Source: Yuukianura sp. NJ FZ-2021
Lineage: Eukaryota
Reading direction: 5' to 3'
Assembly: GCA_046563655.1 (NCBI GenBank)
Contig: CM102286.1
Location: 6,634,001 to 6,698,000 of the forward strand
Length of the DNA stretch: 64,000 nt
In this document: piece after piece, positions 35,101 to 47,100 of the stretch
How the letters are laid out: each line of letters starts with the position of its first letter
How positions within the stretch are numbered: position 1 is the stretch's first letter
The notes under the pieces: generated by a model
Databases searched by the model: none
Told to the model about the DNA's origin: nothing
What the model saw: the letters and a program-made list of their open reading frames with translations, nothing else
Position numbers and translations under genes: made by a program

Positions 35101-38100
35101 TCTTTCGGTAATTTTTAATTTTTTAACTAATATTTCGTTTATGCATGGGCAATAGGTCTGCACAAACCTACCGTGAAAATCTTATATTCATGGTGAATGA
35201 TATCGTTCGATGCCAACGAGGGATACACGAAGTACATTCGTACTTCATGTTGAAAAACGTCAACGCGAGGCATCGCTACGCGTGGATCAATTCAGTCCAT
35301 GCGAAGCCTCTCAAAGACATTGGCAGAAGCAAGACTGAAATTCCAGCAGAGAGACTTCATTGGTCGAGAGAATTTCCCACCAACATCAAATGTTCAAAGT
35401 TCTACTATGATCATCAAGTGGTCAAGGTGGAGGAACATTGCGTCGACGCCCTGGAGACAAAACCAGCAATCGGGACTTATCCAGTCATTCTTATCGCATT
35501 CATGAAGGTAAGTTGTCTTAGTTATACTTTTACAACCTTTACCCTTTACTAGTTAATAATATATTTCTTTACAGAAATTGATGGAGAAGAGCACCTGTGC
35601 AAAGAAAATTCATCACATCCCGACGGAGCAAGCGTTTCGCACTGCGCCATATGACGTAATTAAACACGTTCAACTTGGTCTTGGATGTCATTACTCGGAC
35701 ACAAAAGCGGCAGCGTTCATGAGACCGACCATGGACATTTTAGCCATAATGGAAGTACCGTTTCTGGCAATGCCAAACCATACGGAAATTCTGATTCTGA
35801 CAGTCAAACTGCCGGGACATATTCTACTGGTGGCGGTTGACATTCCTCAGTGGTAAGTCTTCTACGTTTTAAATAGTTTTTAATGTTTTAATGTTGATGT
35901 TAATTTACTAATTCTAGGAAAGGATACATTTACGACACATTCGAGCCAGATAAGTTATACAACATGAGAACCCTCGTTGACAGAGTACTCCGGAGAAAAT
36001 TTTTCAAGCCATACTCGCTACAATGGGACTACCAACCTCACGTATACGTACACCTGGGTCCGGATAACAACTGTGCCAGAATTGCTGCACACGCAGCACG
36101 GATGATTGTGGAGCATGGCGTTGCAGATGTCCATGACAAGTTTGATCAAGCTGGAGTGCTAACCACACTGCAGCTAATGATTGACTATAGCAGAGAGGCG
36201 GTCTTTCGCCCACCCGACAGGCCATAAAGAAATATTCATGTGAATTATTTTCATTTTGTTTTTATTCAACTAATCATATTTTATACATCTTTTAATTTAT
36301 AATTTTAATTTATTTTTTATTTGGTGTTTTATTTCTTAAAAACTTATAAAATTAATAAAACAATTTTAAATTACAACTTTTCAATTGGATTCTTCAATAT
36401 AGCGATGAAAGTGAAGGCACGATGTTCCTTTAAGCTCTGGGAAAAAAAAAATTAAAGTTGTTAAAATTAGTATTCATTCTTTTAAATTCTTTTAATATAA
36501 AACAATTTTAACTTTAATTTGAATTACCTTAGTTACTTCTGTCCCAGAGCCGAAGAGCTTCACGACGATGGTACATGTTCGACTTCAGAAATGCTGTAGA
36601 TTTCTTAAATGCCTTCCGACGACGAATCCATCGTTGGAATTTGTCTTCGCGCAAGCGTTGGAGTTTTTCTTTGCGCATTTTTAATTGATATTTTCGACGA
36701 GATTCGTCCAGCTCTTTATCGAATTCAATGGATGACTCCACAGTTAGCCGCTGGAGTTCCGGATTTCTTTCCCCGCCATGTTGTGCGCCTTCAATGCTTC
36801 CAAGGGCTTGATACGTCTCGTATCTGCAACCGTAGCGACGAGGTGTGATGCTGATTACGATGTCGTCCCGAAAAATCCCGCGCTCAAAGTCGAATTTTTC
36901 AACGAGCGGTAGTAGTTCCTCGATGGAGCAATTTTTGAATATTGCGCTCTCAACCGATATTCGATGTGGCGCGATCGCAGTCAAAAAATTTTTCACACTA
37001 AGTAAGCGTCCAATCGGAAAACGCTTTAGACCCGACAGCACAACTTTAAACATTTGCTTCTTGTCGAATTCAAAATGGACGATGTGTGTCTCACCAACAC
37101 TGATAACGTGTGTGGTGTACTCGGCAACTTTCGCCCCCATCCTTTCCAGCATTGGCTTCAGTATGTTTAAAGAGCTTGGAAAAACTTTAGCAAGCTCCAA
37201 AGCGCTAGACCTGTCCAAATTTGCGAATATTTCTAGTTGGCACAGGTATGGGAGTTGATCAAACTCGAATTGTTTAGCCATTTTGAAAAAAGAAAAAATC
37301 CTTTACTTTAGAATTACTGCTTTAAAAACAAATTTTAAGCTGTTGGTGAGAGCAGAATGAAGTTGAAAATGAAGAACTTTTCAATTTTTTTGTGTCAGAC
37401 AAAAATAAAAAAGTATTTGTTTTGTCCCAGGGCGTTGGAGAATTCTAGGAATTCACAAACTCGAACTGAAAAAAATTTTTTTTGTTTGTCAGTGTGGTCA
37501 GAAATGAAAAAGTTCAAAAGTGTACAAAAAATATCCATCTTAATCCGGAAAAAGGTTGGGTTTGCATTCCAATCCCTTTTCCAAAAATATAGTGCCAAAA
37601 AATATCCATCTTAATCCGGAAAAAGGTTGGGTTTGCATTCCAATCCCTTTTCCAAAAATATAAACTAATTGTCAATTATAATTGACAATTAACCTAACTG
37701 ACTCTAACCCTACGATGGTGCTAAAAATAAATGATGTGGAGTCCTACACTATCTAACTACTGCACAGGTTTTTACTTTCATCTTTTAGTTTTCTAAAGTG
37801 CGTAACATTCCCCAGCCTAACCTTAATCCAATTGCCAGGATTTTCATAGCGTAAACAGGATTTACTAAAAGAATCTGGAATGTTTAGTATTATTAAATAT
37901 CTGCCAAGTATTAAATTTTGCCGGATTCCACCACACAAAAAAAAATTCTCGTAAGGATACTACTCCATTTTGCAGTTATTTACAATGAATTAAGTGGGTG
38001 GGGTTGAGAAATGACGAGGGAAGTTGGTGCTTGATTTAGGAAGGAAAGTATGAAAGCTCCATTTGTGCTCAATGGTGAAAGTTGGTGGAATGCGGCTGGA

Positions 38101-41100
38101 ATGAGGGCATGTGGAATCTATGTGGTCGTACATTAAGCTTAATGGCTAATTTTTATCCGATGGTTGGGGATGGGAATAGAGTTTTACTCTTCTTCTGAGT
38201 ATGTGTGTGCGTTGGCTTAATGGAGTGGTGGTCATATTTGCTGGATGGCTTTCCTATGAAATATTTTGGATTAGGCCAGCTAAAGTGAAAGTAGGGGAAG
38301 AAATGGAAGGGGGGGGGGGAGACAACCAGTTAACTTTTCAACCTAAAAACAACTGTGAGTGGGTGGGTTGTCCCAAAAAAAATAAGAAGGTAGACACTCC
38401 TTGTGGTGAAATATTTAACTTTCTCCAGACTGTCCCTGAGGTTTCACTCCACATTGTCACAATTTTTATTAAAAGCAAAAAACATAAAAAGAGTACAACG
38501 TAACATATAATTTTGGGACATTCTTAGATAATAATTAGAAAAAAGTACACGAGCACTCAAGAAATTAAGTTGTCCGAATTAATGTCAGTTGAGGGGAACA
38601 ATTATATGAAAACGATTAATCTAGACATGTTAAACTGCATTTCTTGGGTTTTCAGCTAAATTTAAGCATGCTCCTCCCAATTAATATTTGGTTGAGCTTT
38701 ATTGCGATATTTCAAAGACTACGAATTGCATTCTTCAATTATTAAAAGGCTATCATGTCATTGCTTTCTTAAATTGAACAACTATGAACACTGAACAACC
38801 AGTACTACATTTTTTAGCGTCAGCTGCCTAGATTATCGTGAAGTTCGTCAATTCTACATATAAAAGAAAGTAACGTCGCAATTATGAACGAAATACAGCT
38901 GAAATGGTAAACCTAGAAGTGTTGGTGTAGGTGACAAGCGTATAATGCCTCAGCACGTAGTATCGACATAAGGCAGGCTTTCAACGTATCTCCGGTGGAT
39001 CATTAGGGCTTGAAAAGAAGTAAAACTGATACTAGTAGTATAGGGGAGCTTCTTCCTTGAACATGCCACTGGACTTAGCACCTCCATAAAAACTACAGTG
39101 AAAAATGTGGAGGGGAAGTGAAAGGAGGAAGAGAAAGGCTAATAATGGAAGTGACTCCGACATTCAACCGCGGCAGCAATAAGGAAGGAAGAAAGCGCTT
39201 TATTTCTTTCCGCTCAAAATAACCCAAGTCTTTGTTTCCTTTTTGGCTTCTCTCCTTCACTGTCAAAACCCCCAAAAAATGCGCTGTGCTTTGCATTCCA
39301 AGAATCAGAAAGAAAACTTCCACCCGAGGCGACCTAGTTCGTTATTTACTTTGAAAATTCAGACACACAAAGAAAGTTTTTTTTATGGCTTTCTTATAAA
39401 TTTTAAATGGTGCTTTGCTGAAAGCATGGAATTAAAAATATAACTTATCATAAAACTGTTTCGACAGCTCAAACTTTCAGGTTGTTGCTGCATAACGTAT
39501 TGCGATCAAAGAGGGGTGTGTGTCACGAAAGACCGTATTAATTTAATAAATAAAACCCGCAAAGTAGTTTATGACTTGATAGTCTCTTTACCACGTTTTA
39601 TTTCATTTTTTTAGTACCCGGGGAGTTCCAACGTGCAAAACGAAAGTTAGGTCCTATTTACCCTCTAAAATCTAAACGTGTTTTTCAATACGAATTTCTA
39701 AAATCAACCAGGGCTCTCATTGTTCCAGAAACATTTCTAGTTTGATGAAACAAAATCCGACAGTTTAGAGAATGCATGCTTTGTTGACAGTTAAACTAGA
39801 GAAGTCGAATAAGGGAATTAGGCTTACTATGGCTAATGGCAATAATTGTCTTTGCAGTGCGTCCCTTGAGTGTGTCCATTACGACAAAAGACACAAACCT
39901 CTTGGCCGAGAAGCGGTACGACATTGAGTGCGTGTCAAGTGGTTCCCGCCCTCCTGCTACCATCACGTGGTGGAAAAACGGAAGACAAATCAAAAAGTCA
40001 CCACATAACGTAAGACTATGTTTTTGCACAGAATTCTCAGAATTACAGAAGGAGTAATAATTAATAAAATTGCATATGAGAAACTAACATAAGCTTTGAA
40101 GAATTCACGTAAAGTAGAGAATGTTTTGTAAAGAGATATTTCGGCTTATTAAAAATTAGAAGAAAAAAGATTTCAAGCGGAAAATCTGAAGACGCTATTT
40201 ATAATTTAAGACGCAGAGTTTTCTTTGAACTAGCCCAACATACTAATCTCGCTGTTGCTTTAACAAAAAAAAACACAGCAGAGGCTGATTTTTTTTTCTA
40301 TTTTGTGCAAGCGACAGCTTTGTTTGTGTAGTAGCGCTTATGAAAGAAAATAATAACCGAAACAGTACTTTTTGAAAAACAAGTAAAAGAATTCCAAAAA
40401 ACGGTTTTGTGGTAAAATTTCGTAAACAGCTCAGCCGGTTTTGTTCTTTAAAACTTACAAAGAAATGTAAAAGAGAAAGCGTCTTACTCATAAGTTTCTT
40501 AAATTCTCTTTCATGTTAATCCTTTTGTAGCCGAATTCTGAAGACAAGAATATTTCCACCAGCATTTTGAGTCTCACTCCTTCAGTTGAAGATGATGGGA
40601 AGGTCTTGACTTGCAGAAGTGAGAATGCGTGGATCCCAGCAAGTGCCATCGAAGATCGCTGGAGACTCAATGTCAATTGTAAGTACAACGTTTCAAAATT
40701 TCTCAAACATACACTTCGCCAGCAATTTGTATCCTGGTGTTGAGAATATACTATTTTATAATGTAAGTTAAGCTAAAGCTTTGTTAGTCGAAGCTAAACC
40801 TCACCACATCAGGGCCCAATAAAGCCGGGTATTTTGGTTCGCTAAATTAAAACACGTCCGCGCATTTTCCATATATTAGAAATGTTAAAAAGCAAAATGT
40901 GAATTGCGAAAGAAAGCACGTTAATAAGTTGTGTTTTCTGAAATATTTCTATGGAATTTAACTTGAAGTTATATAACAGACATATCTGTTACTAAACGCA
41001 TAACCTCAAGCACCAAGAAGGAAAAGGCGCCCTCTTGTTTTGGAAAATTGTATAAACAACGGTAAACCAGTGAGACCTCGAGCTATTAATTTATAGTCTC

Positions 41101-44100
41101 AGGATAAAGTTTCTACAAGATAGAGATCACATTTAGTATCTGATTTGAACATCCCGCCAGACTCTTTCTAGTCCGCCAAAGGCTTTCAACAGTATTGGTA
41201 AATAACTCATCGCTGGTTCAGGCACCTGCGGCGACACAGTGCACAAACAACGTAGAATCCTTCACATATTTCACCATGCTCCCGATCTATCAAAGTCACG
41301 CCTGCTTTCCTCAACGTCTATTTACACACATTGTCAGAAGGCATCAGATCAGGAGTTGACTGTTTCAGTTTGTGTACTTTACATGCAAAAGTAACGATTT
41401 AGCCTCTTTCATTTGTTCCAAAACTGTAACCCTGTAACGCCTATTGTCGTCTATTACTAACTTTTATTTTGTTTCTAGATGCACCAAAGGTCACAATGCA
41501 ATTGGGTTCCAGCTTGGTTCCAGACAACATCAACGAGGGCGCGGACGTGTACTTTGAATGTATTGTGAAATCAAATCCTGCCTACATGCGTCTGTCATGG
41601 TTTCATGAGGTAAGGACGTCCATGTTTAGTTGAGTGTAATCTTTTTTGTTGGATGTTGATGGTTGTGGACAACCAAATGGTTGGAAAATGTTGGGGTCAC
41701 GCCCTTCTGTGTCGGCGGAAGTGGATGGGGTTAAAAGTTACAGAGAAAGTTGTTCTGGTTAATGCATCTATGCAAATCTTATTTTGGAGACACAATGGGA
41801 GGACATGGTTAGGAGAGGAACATGAAATTGCAAAAGTTTGTGGTGAAGGCTCATTACGTAAATGGGCCCTAACATCCTTTTTCCTAAATGCTTCAACAAG
41901 AGGGAAAGGGAAATTGGAACAGAGAGAAAGCAACCTCAGGAAACTAAAAAAGTTTGCTCGAACTGGACCTCACAGCCCACATAAACGTCATTTACTTTGT
42001 GTTTTTTTAACAGGGGAGGAAAACATGATTTTATTTTGGATAATTGTGAAACAGTAAAACGTGTAACGACCTCTTCCCAGAAGAATTTTTCAAAAGTTAG
42101 AATCATTTTTCCTGCTGCAATTTCTTGCAGGGTCAATGACAGGGCTAAAAGTTTTAAACAACAAACAAAAATAAAAACCATTTTGAAAGTTTCTCCACTG
42201 GCTACATTGCTAGCATGTTCGTAGACAGTTTAGAACAAAAAGTAAGCGTCAAATTACATACTTGAAATAAGACAATGTTGGACGAGGCATTGGTCCGAGT
42301 TTATTGTTATTTTCGACTTCAACTTGTGCCAAAGTGAAAATTGAAGAAGCTTTTTTTTCTCCTGCTCTTACTTTCTCTTTTTGTGAACAGCACGTAAACC
42401 CTTGCCTGGTTAGTCCTTTTGAAGTTTTTCAATAAATCAGGTACCATTGCATGTAACATTCCCGGGTATCGCTTATGACACCCATTATTATTGAATTAAA
42501 GTGAGCGCTTGTTAGCACTGGAGAGAAATGGAAGGCCAAAAGAGAGAAAGTTTAATGGAACGTGTAACAATAACTCTTTCGCCCAGGCTCAAAGTTTGCC
42601 CAAAGTTTTTGAGTTTCGAAAATCCCGCCACCATTCTTGTGAAATTGTCTTATTCTCTTTATTCTTTGTAGGATCGAGAGTTGCGACACAATCTCTCGCA
42701 ACGAATTATCATGAGTAACACGCGCCTCGTTCTCCAGAAAATAACTAGGCACTCCGCTGGTGGGTATTACTGCAGTGCCTACAACTCTGAAGGGCTCTCC
42801 CACAGTAACGTCGTCCAACTTCGAGTCAAATGTAAGTGGAATGATCTGATCTCCTACATGGTCATGCTACTTTTGCACAATTTTCTATGCTAAATTCCGC
42901 GTTTCGTATTACCAGAAGTGTCAAGATTACCATATGCTTCCGTCATTTTTGATTTTTGAACAGACATTTACATCCCATAAATTTTGCGGAAGCCTCTTAA
43001 CTCTTCCATTTTCCACCATAATTTTTCGGTTCCTGGAAATAGAAAAGATTGAATCCACTTTTTCCGCATTTCTTATTTAGGTCAGGAGTGAAAGCGGCCG
43101 CAGGGGTTGAGTATTTAAGTGCTTTTGTATGCATACAAATGGCGGCTCCTCGTTTCCTTGGTTTAGACAGAGATAACACAAAGTAGAGAAAGTTTCTTTG
43201 TCTTTCCCATGATACAAATACAGAATTAAAGACGGAGTTTTCTCGGGGCGGTGGATGAAGATGCTCAGGTGAAGCACCAAACTGCTTGGATTCGTATTAA
43301 GGAGGTGGAGAGGAAAGATTTATAAGACTCCCAGGTTCATTCCCCTGGAAAAGGGCAGGGTGGAGAGCGGAAGATGCAAATGCAGAAGTAACATGAATTA
43401 TGGTTTGTACTTCTTCCAAGAACCCTTTGCTTTTAAGTAGATTTTCAATAGAACACAAAGCTTTAAGGCTTGAAGAGAATGAAATGGAAATAGCTGTTCC
43501 AGATACTTGTGAAAAGTGTTCTTATCTAATGCCGTCAAAAGTTTCATTTGACTGTCACCCGATGCTCCTTGTCTTCATACGAATCTGGAGAAAGTGAAAA
43601 AGGAAATTGAGAGAAAGGAGCTAGGAATAACGTATGCTACACGCCTTTTGTTCTTTAGCCGAAAAAAAACTTGAAAAACAAATCCGACTTTCGCATCATT
43701 ACCCATCACGGACTGAAAAGGTGGAGCAGCTAGAAGAGAAAGGCCTTATTATCAGACACATAAATAGAGAGATAGGAGCATCCTTTATATCGATCAGCCC
43801 ATTACTTTCCAAAAAGAAAGCTCTAGCGCCTTGGCGGGAATTCTAGACAGTGAGAGTCATAAGGTTCGTATGACTGACTTGGCATATGGTTGGGATGTCG
43901 TTGATCCGAGACGACTGGTGGAGCAATCCTGGATGTCATGTTGATTCTTCATTATACTCTCCTGGAGGCGTCTGCTGCCAATGGCTTGGTTCTAAATCAT
44001 TTCTTTACGTAGCCTTAACTCCCAATCAGACGGCTGAATAATGGCTTATAATTGGAAAGGTTCCCGAAAAGAAAGTTTTCAACTTGACTTTCTTTGGGGT

Positions 44101-47100
44101 TTTTCCTCTTTCTTTCCCCGCAAATGCCGCCAACTTTGAATCAATTCTCTCCATTTGAGTTCCAAACTCAACTTTCTCTTTTATCTTAATGTGAAGTGAG
44201 TCTCTATAGTAGCTCTGGTGCAGTTCCAGGAAATGAGTTTTCTTAATGTGTCTTTGTCTGGATTTCCATTTCTAGATGTGCCAATATGCAAGGCTGGAGC
44301 AGAGGAGCTAATCGGTGCAATGATACATGAGACCGTAGTAGTACGTTGCGAAATGGCGGCGGATCCACCTACGGTCCAATTCTTTTGGACATTTAATAAC
44401 TCGGGCATGGAAGTGTCCTCAATCGTCAATTCCAGGTTCACGTCCAGTGGAACCGTGAGCATCTTCAACTACACCCCGGCTGCGGTCAGTGACTTCGGAA
44501 CGCTGAGCTGTTGGGGAGCAAATCCTATTGGACAGGGCACAAATGAGCCATGTCGATTTCAAATTGTTCAAGCGGGTCCACCCTTTGCACCTAAAAATTG
44601 TTCCATTTATAACGAAACGGAAGACTCTGCTACCGTTGGATGCATCGAAGGATTCAACGGAGGTCTTTCGCAACTTTTTACTCTCGAAGTTCATGATACT
44701 CAAGCCAAAAGCCTTAGGTTTAATGTTTCATCGGCGGTAAGCTCATCCTTCATTTTTTTAAATTCTTGTGTTCCAAGTAAGACAATAGACGTAGTTGACA
44801 AATGTTCCTACACATTAATTAACTCTTTCAGAGAGTTATTTATTAACTAGTTTTGGTTCATTCTTTGTAGGTGCCGGTATTTACAGTGGAGGGTTTGGAT
44901 GCTGGCATTCCGTTTAACTTTCTTTTGTACTCTAGTAATAGCAAAGGTCGATCCGAGCCTATTGTCATGGACGGTATAACCTTCCGTGGAGTTGCCAAAT
45001 ATACGGGTCAGCAATCCTTTTGAATTTATCAAGACGTTTTGGCAATACCAACTAAAAATTATGTTAGTAAAGTTGTGAATTTGTGTTGCCAGGTCCTACG
45101 GGGGTAGAAGTGTACCCCATTTACGCAATTCTAGTCGTTGCAACCCTTGTTCTCCTAATATTTCTCGTGATTACAATTATTGCAATTTGGAAACGGTCAA
45201 GACGGAAGAAACCGCCAGTGGTTAAGGCTGCTATTAGAAGAGAGAGTGAAAACACGTTGGAATCCGATGAACCAACTCCAACCAAAGTAGATCCAAGCGG
45301 CCTCGAAGAAATTGGCAACCCTGATGTCATTCCTAGCAAAAACGGTAAGTAAGTTCCCAGTGACTTGGAGTTAGCTGAAAGAAAATGTTGGTTTCCCTTG
45401 TTACATAATTGGCTTAACGTCTTTTCCACAACGTCAAGTTTCACTTTACAGAGAGACTCAAGTGAGGATCCACTTTCCTTACTTAATAAAGTTACCAAAA
45501 CTAGGTATATTCCAAGGCCTGATTCCACAAAAAAAATGAATCACGGTTTAGAAAGAGATTTTTGGAAGTAAGCAAGATACTGTTAATAAATTAAACCTTA
45601 TACTGCAAAATCCCTCGTTTTGCACCTCGCTGTGATTGGTTAATTTTGCCTACCGTAAATTTTCTAATACCCAACATATAAACAGTATGATAGATTTGGA
45701 CTTAAAGCACCGGTAGTTGTTTTGTTTAGAATTGAGGTCATTGAGAAACACTCAGCTTTTATATCTCGGCAACCAAAAAAAAATGTTGCTAAAAGAGGAA
45801 GTTTTCTGTACTGGATTTTTTTTCTTCCTGAAATACGATAAAGTCAAACAAAATAAGGGCGGAGACTAGCCAGAGCCCCAACTAGACTCTGATTGATTAA
45901 GTAACTAAGATGACTTGAAGTTGTGAAGAAGAATATTCGTTTCCTACTTAGAAGTTTCGTCTTACACACAATTAATGTTGTTCCTTCATTTCCAGGTGGT
46001 CTGCGCGGTTTCATTCGAATTCATAAAACTCCTCCGGCAAGAAGAAGAAAGAAGAATCTGGAGGTGAAGCACAATGGAGAGACTGTGGCTCTGACTGGAG
46101 AGTTGCCGGTAATTAATAATTCCACAGCTTCCACTGTGCTTTCTTTTCAACCTACACCTAACACAGAGTCTCCGCATATAATTCAAATCCCATGCTCCCA
46201 CTTTCTATTCTCTCAGTGAAAGAAACGCCCCACATCATTCGGATTGTTCCTAATTATACAAAGAATAACTCAGGGTAGTTATGCTGAAGGATTCAAAATT
46301 CTTGACACGCTGAAATGAAAAAAATGGAAATTTTAGTATTCTCCTGTGACCTACACTTTCCTTATTCTCTACAATCCTTTTCAAAATATTGACACCGACA
46401 ATTATAACATAAAAAGATTGATGTGTTGAAAGGTTATGAGGTCTCGGGTAAGTACCGTATCCAGCTTTTTACAGAATTGATATACTAGGAGTATCGAGTA
46501 TCTGAAGGCCCTTTTTGAACTTTGGCTCTTACCATGAGAGTACCAGCAATAAAAAATATTTTATTGATCTGTTCACGATGAATTTCTGGATTGGAGTTCC
46601 ATAACCTGTTTTTTTCTCTATTACGTCATCATAAGAATTCTAAAACGACTTGATTCTACGATTTTTCTTCTTCAGTGTAGTGTAGCTGAAAAAAGATACG
46701 CTGAGTGAGCAGTAGAGTGCAAATAACAGGAGAATTTCATGACACCATTTTCCCTATTTGTCGTCTACCTTCTTTTCTTCCTGTTTAACAAACCAAGAAA
46801 AGGATCCGTTTCCTGTTTTTATGATGGCAACATCAATATAGCACTGAAAATCCCAATCTCCCTAGCAGAATGAATTAAAAATTGAAATTTCTGTCCATTG
46901 TAAGGGGTAAAAACCCCTGATGCAGACGACATTAAATTGATGTTTGAACTTTTTTAAGCTTATTAAATTCTATATTTTCTGAAATTAAATTGATAAATTT
47001 TCAAAATTTTAAATTAACTATTTATTAACGTATTGCTTGTATTTTGTTAGGAACTGGAGCATCGTGGGAACAGTAATGGGAGTCACAGATTTCTCCAATC

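Larger units (their letters stand above)
20953..37761. mobile_element. Polinton/Maverick (adintovirus-like endogenous DNA virus), 16,809 bp, apparently intact, inserted in intron 20463-39857 of the + Ig gene
   Basis: AGTAGT...ACTACT termini, perfect 54-bp TIRs and TSD GCACA (20948-20952 / 37762-37766). Full core set present: pPolB, integrase, ATPase, MCP, penton, protease. Confidence 0.97.

Noticed and set aside
36609..37258. Plus-strand ORFs opposite F-box B, and similar antisense ORFs over MCP, pPolB and Ig exons
   Set aside because: Shadow ORFs on the opposite strand of well-supported genes.
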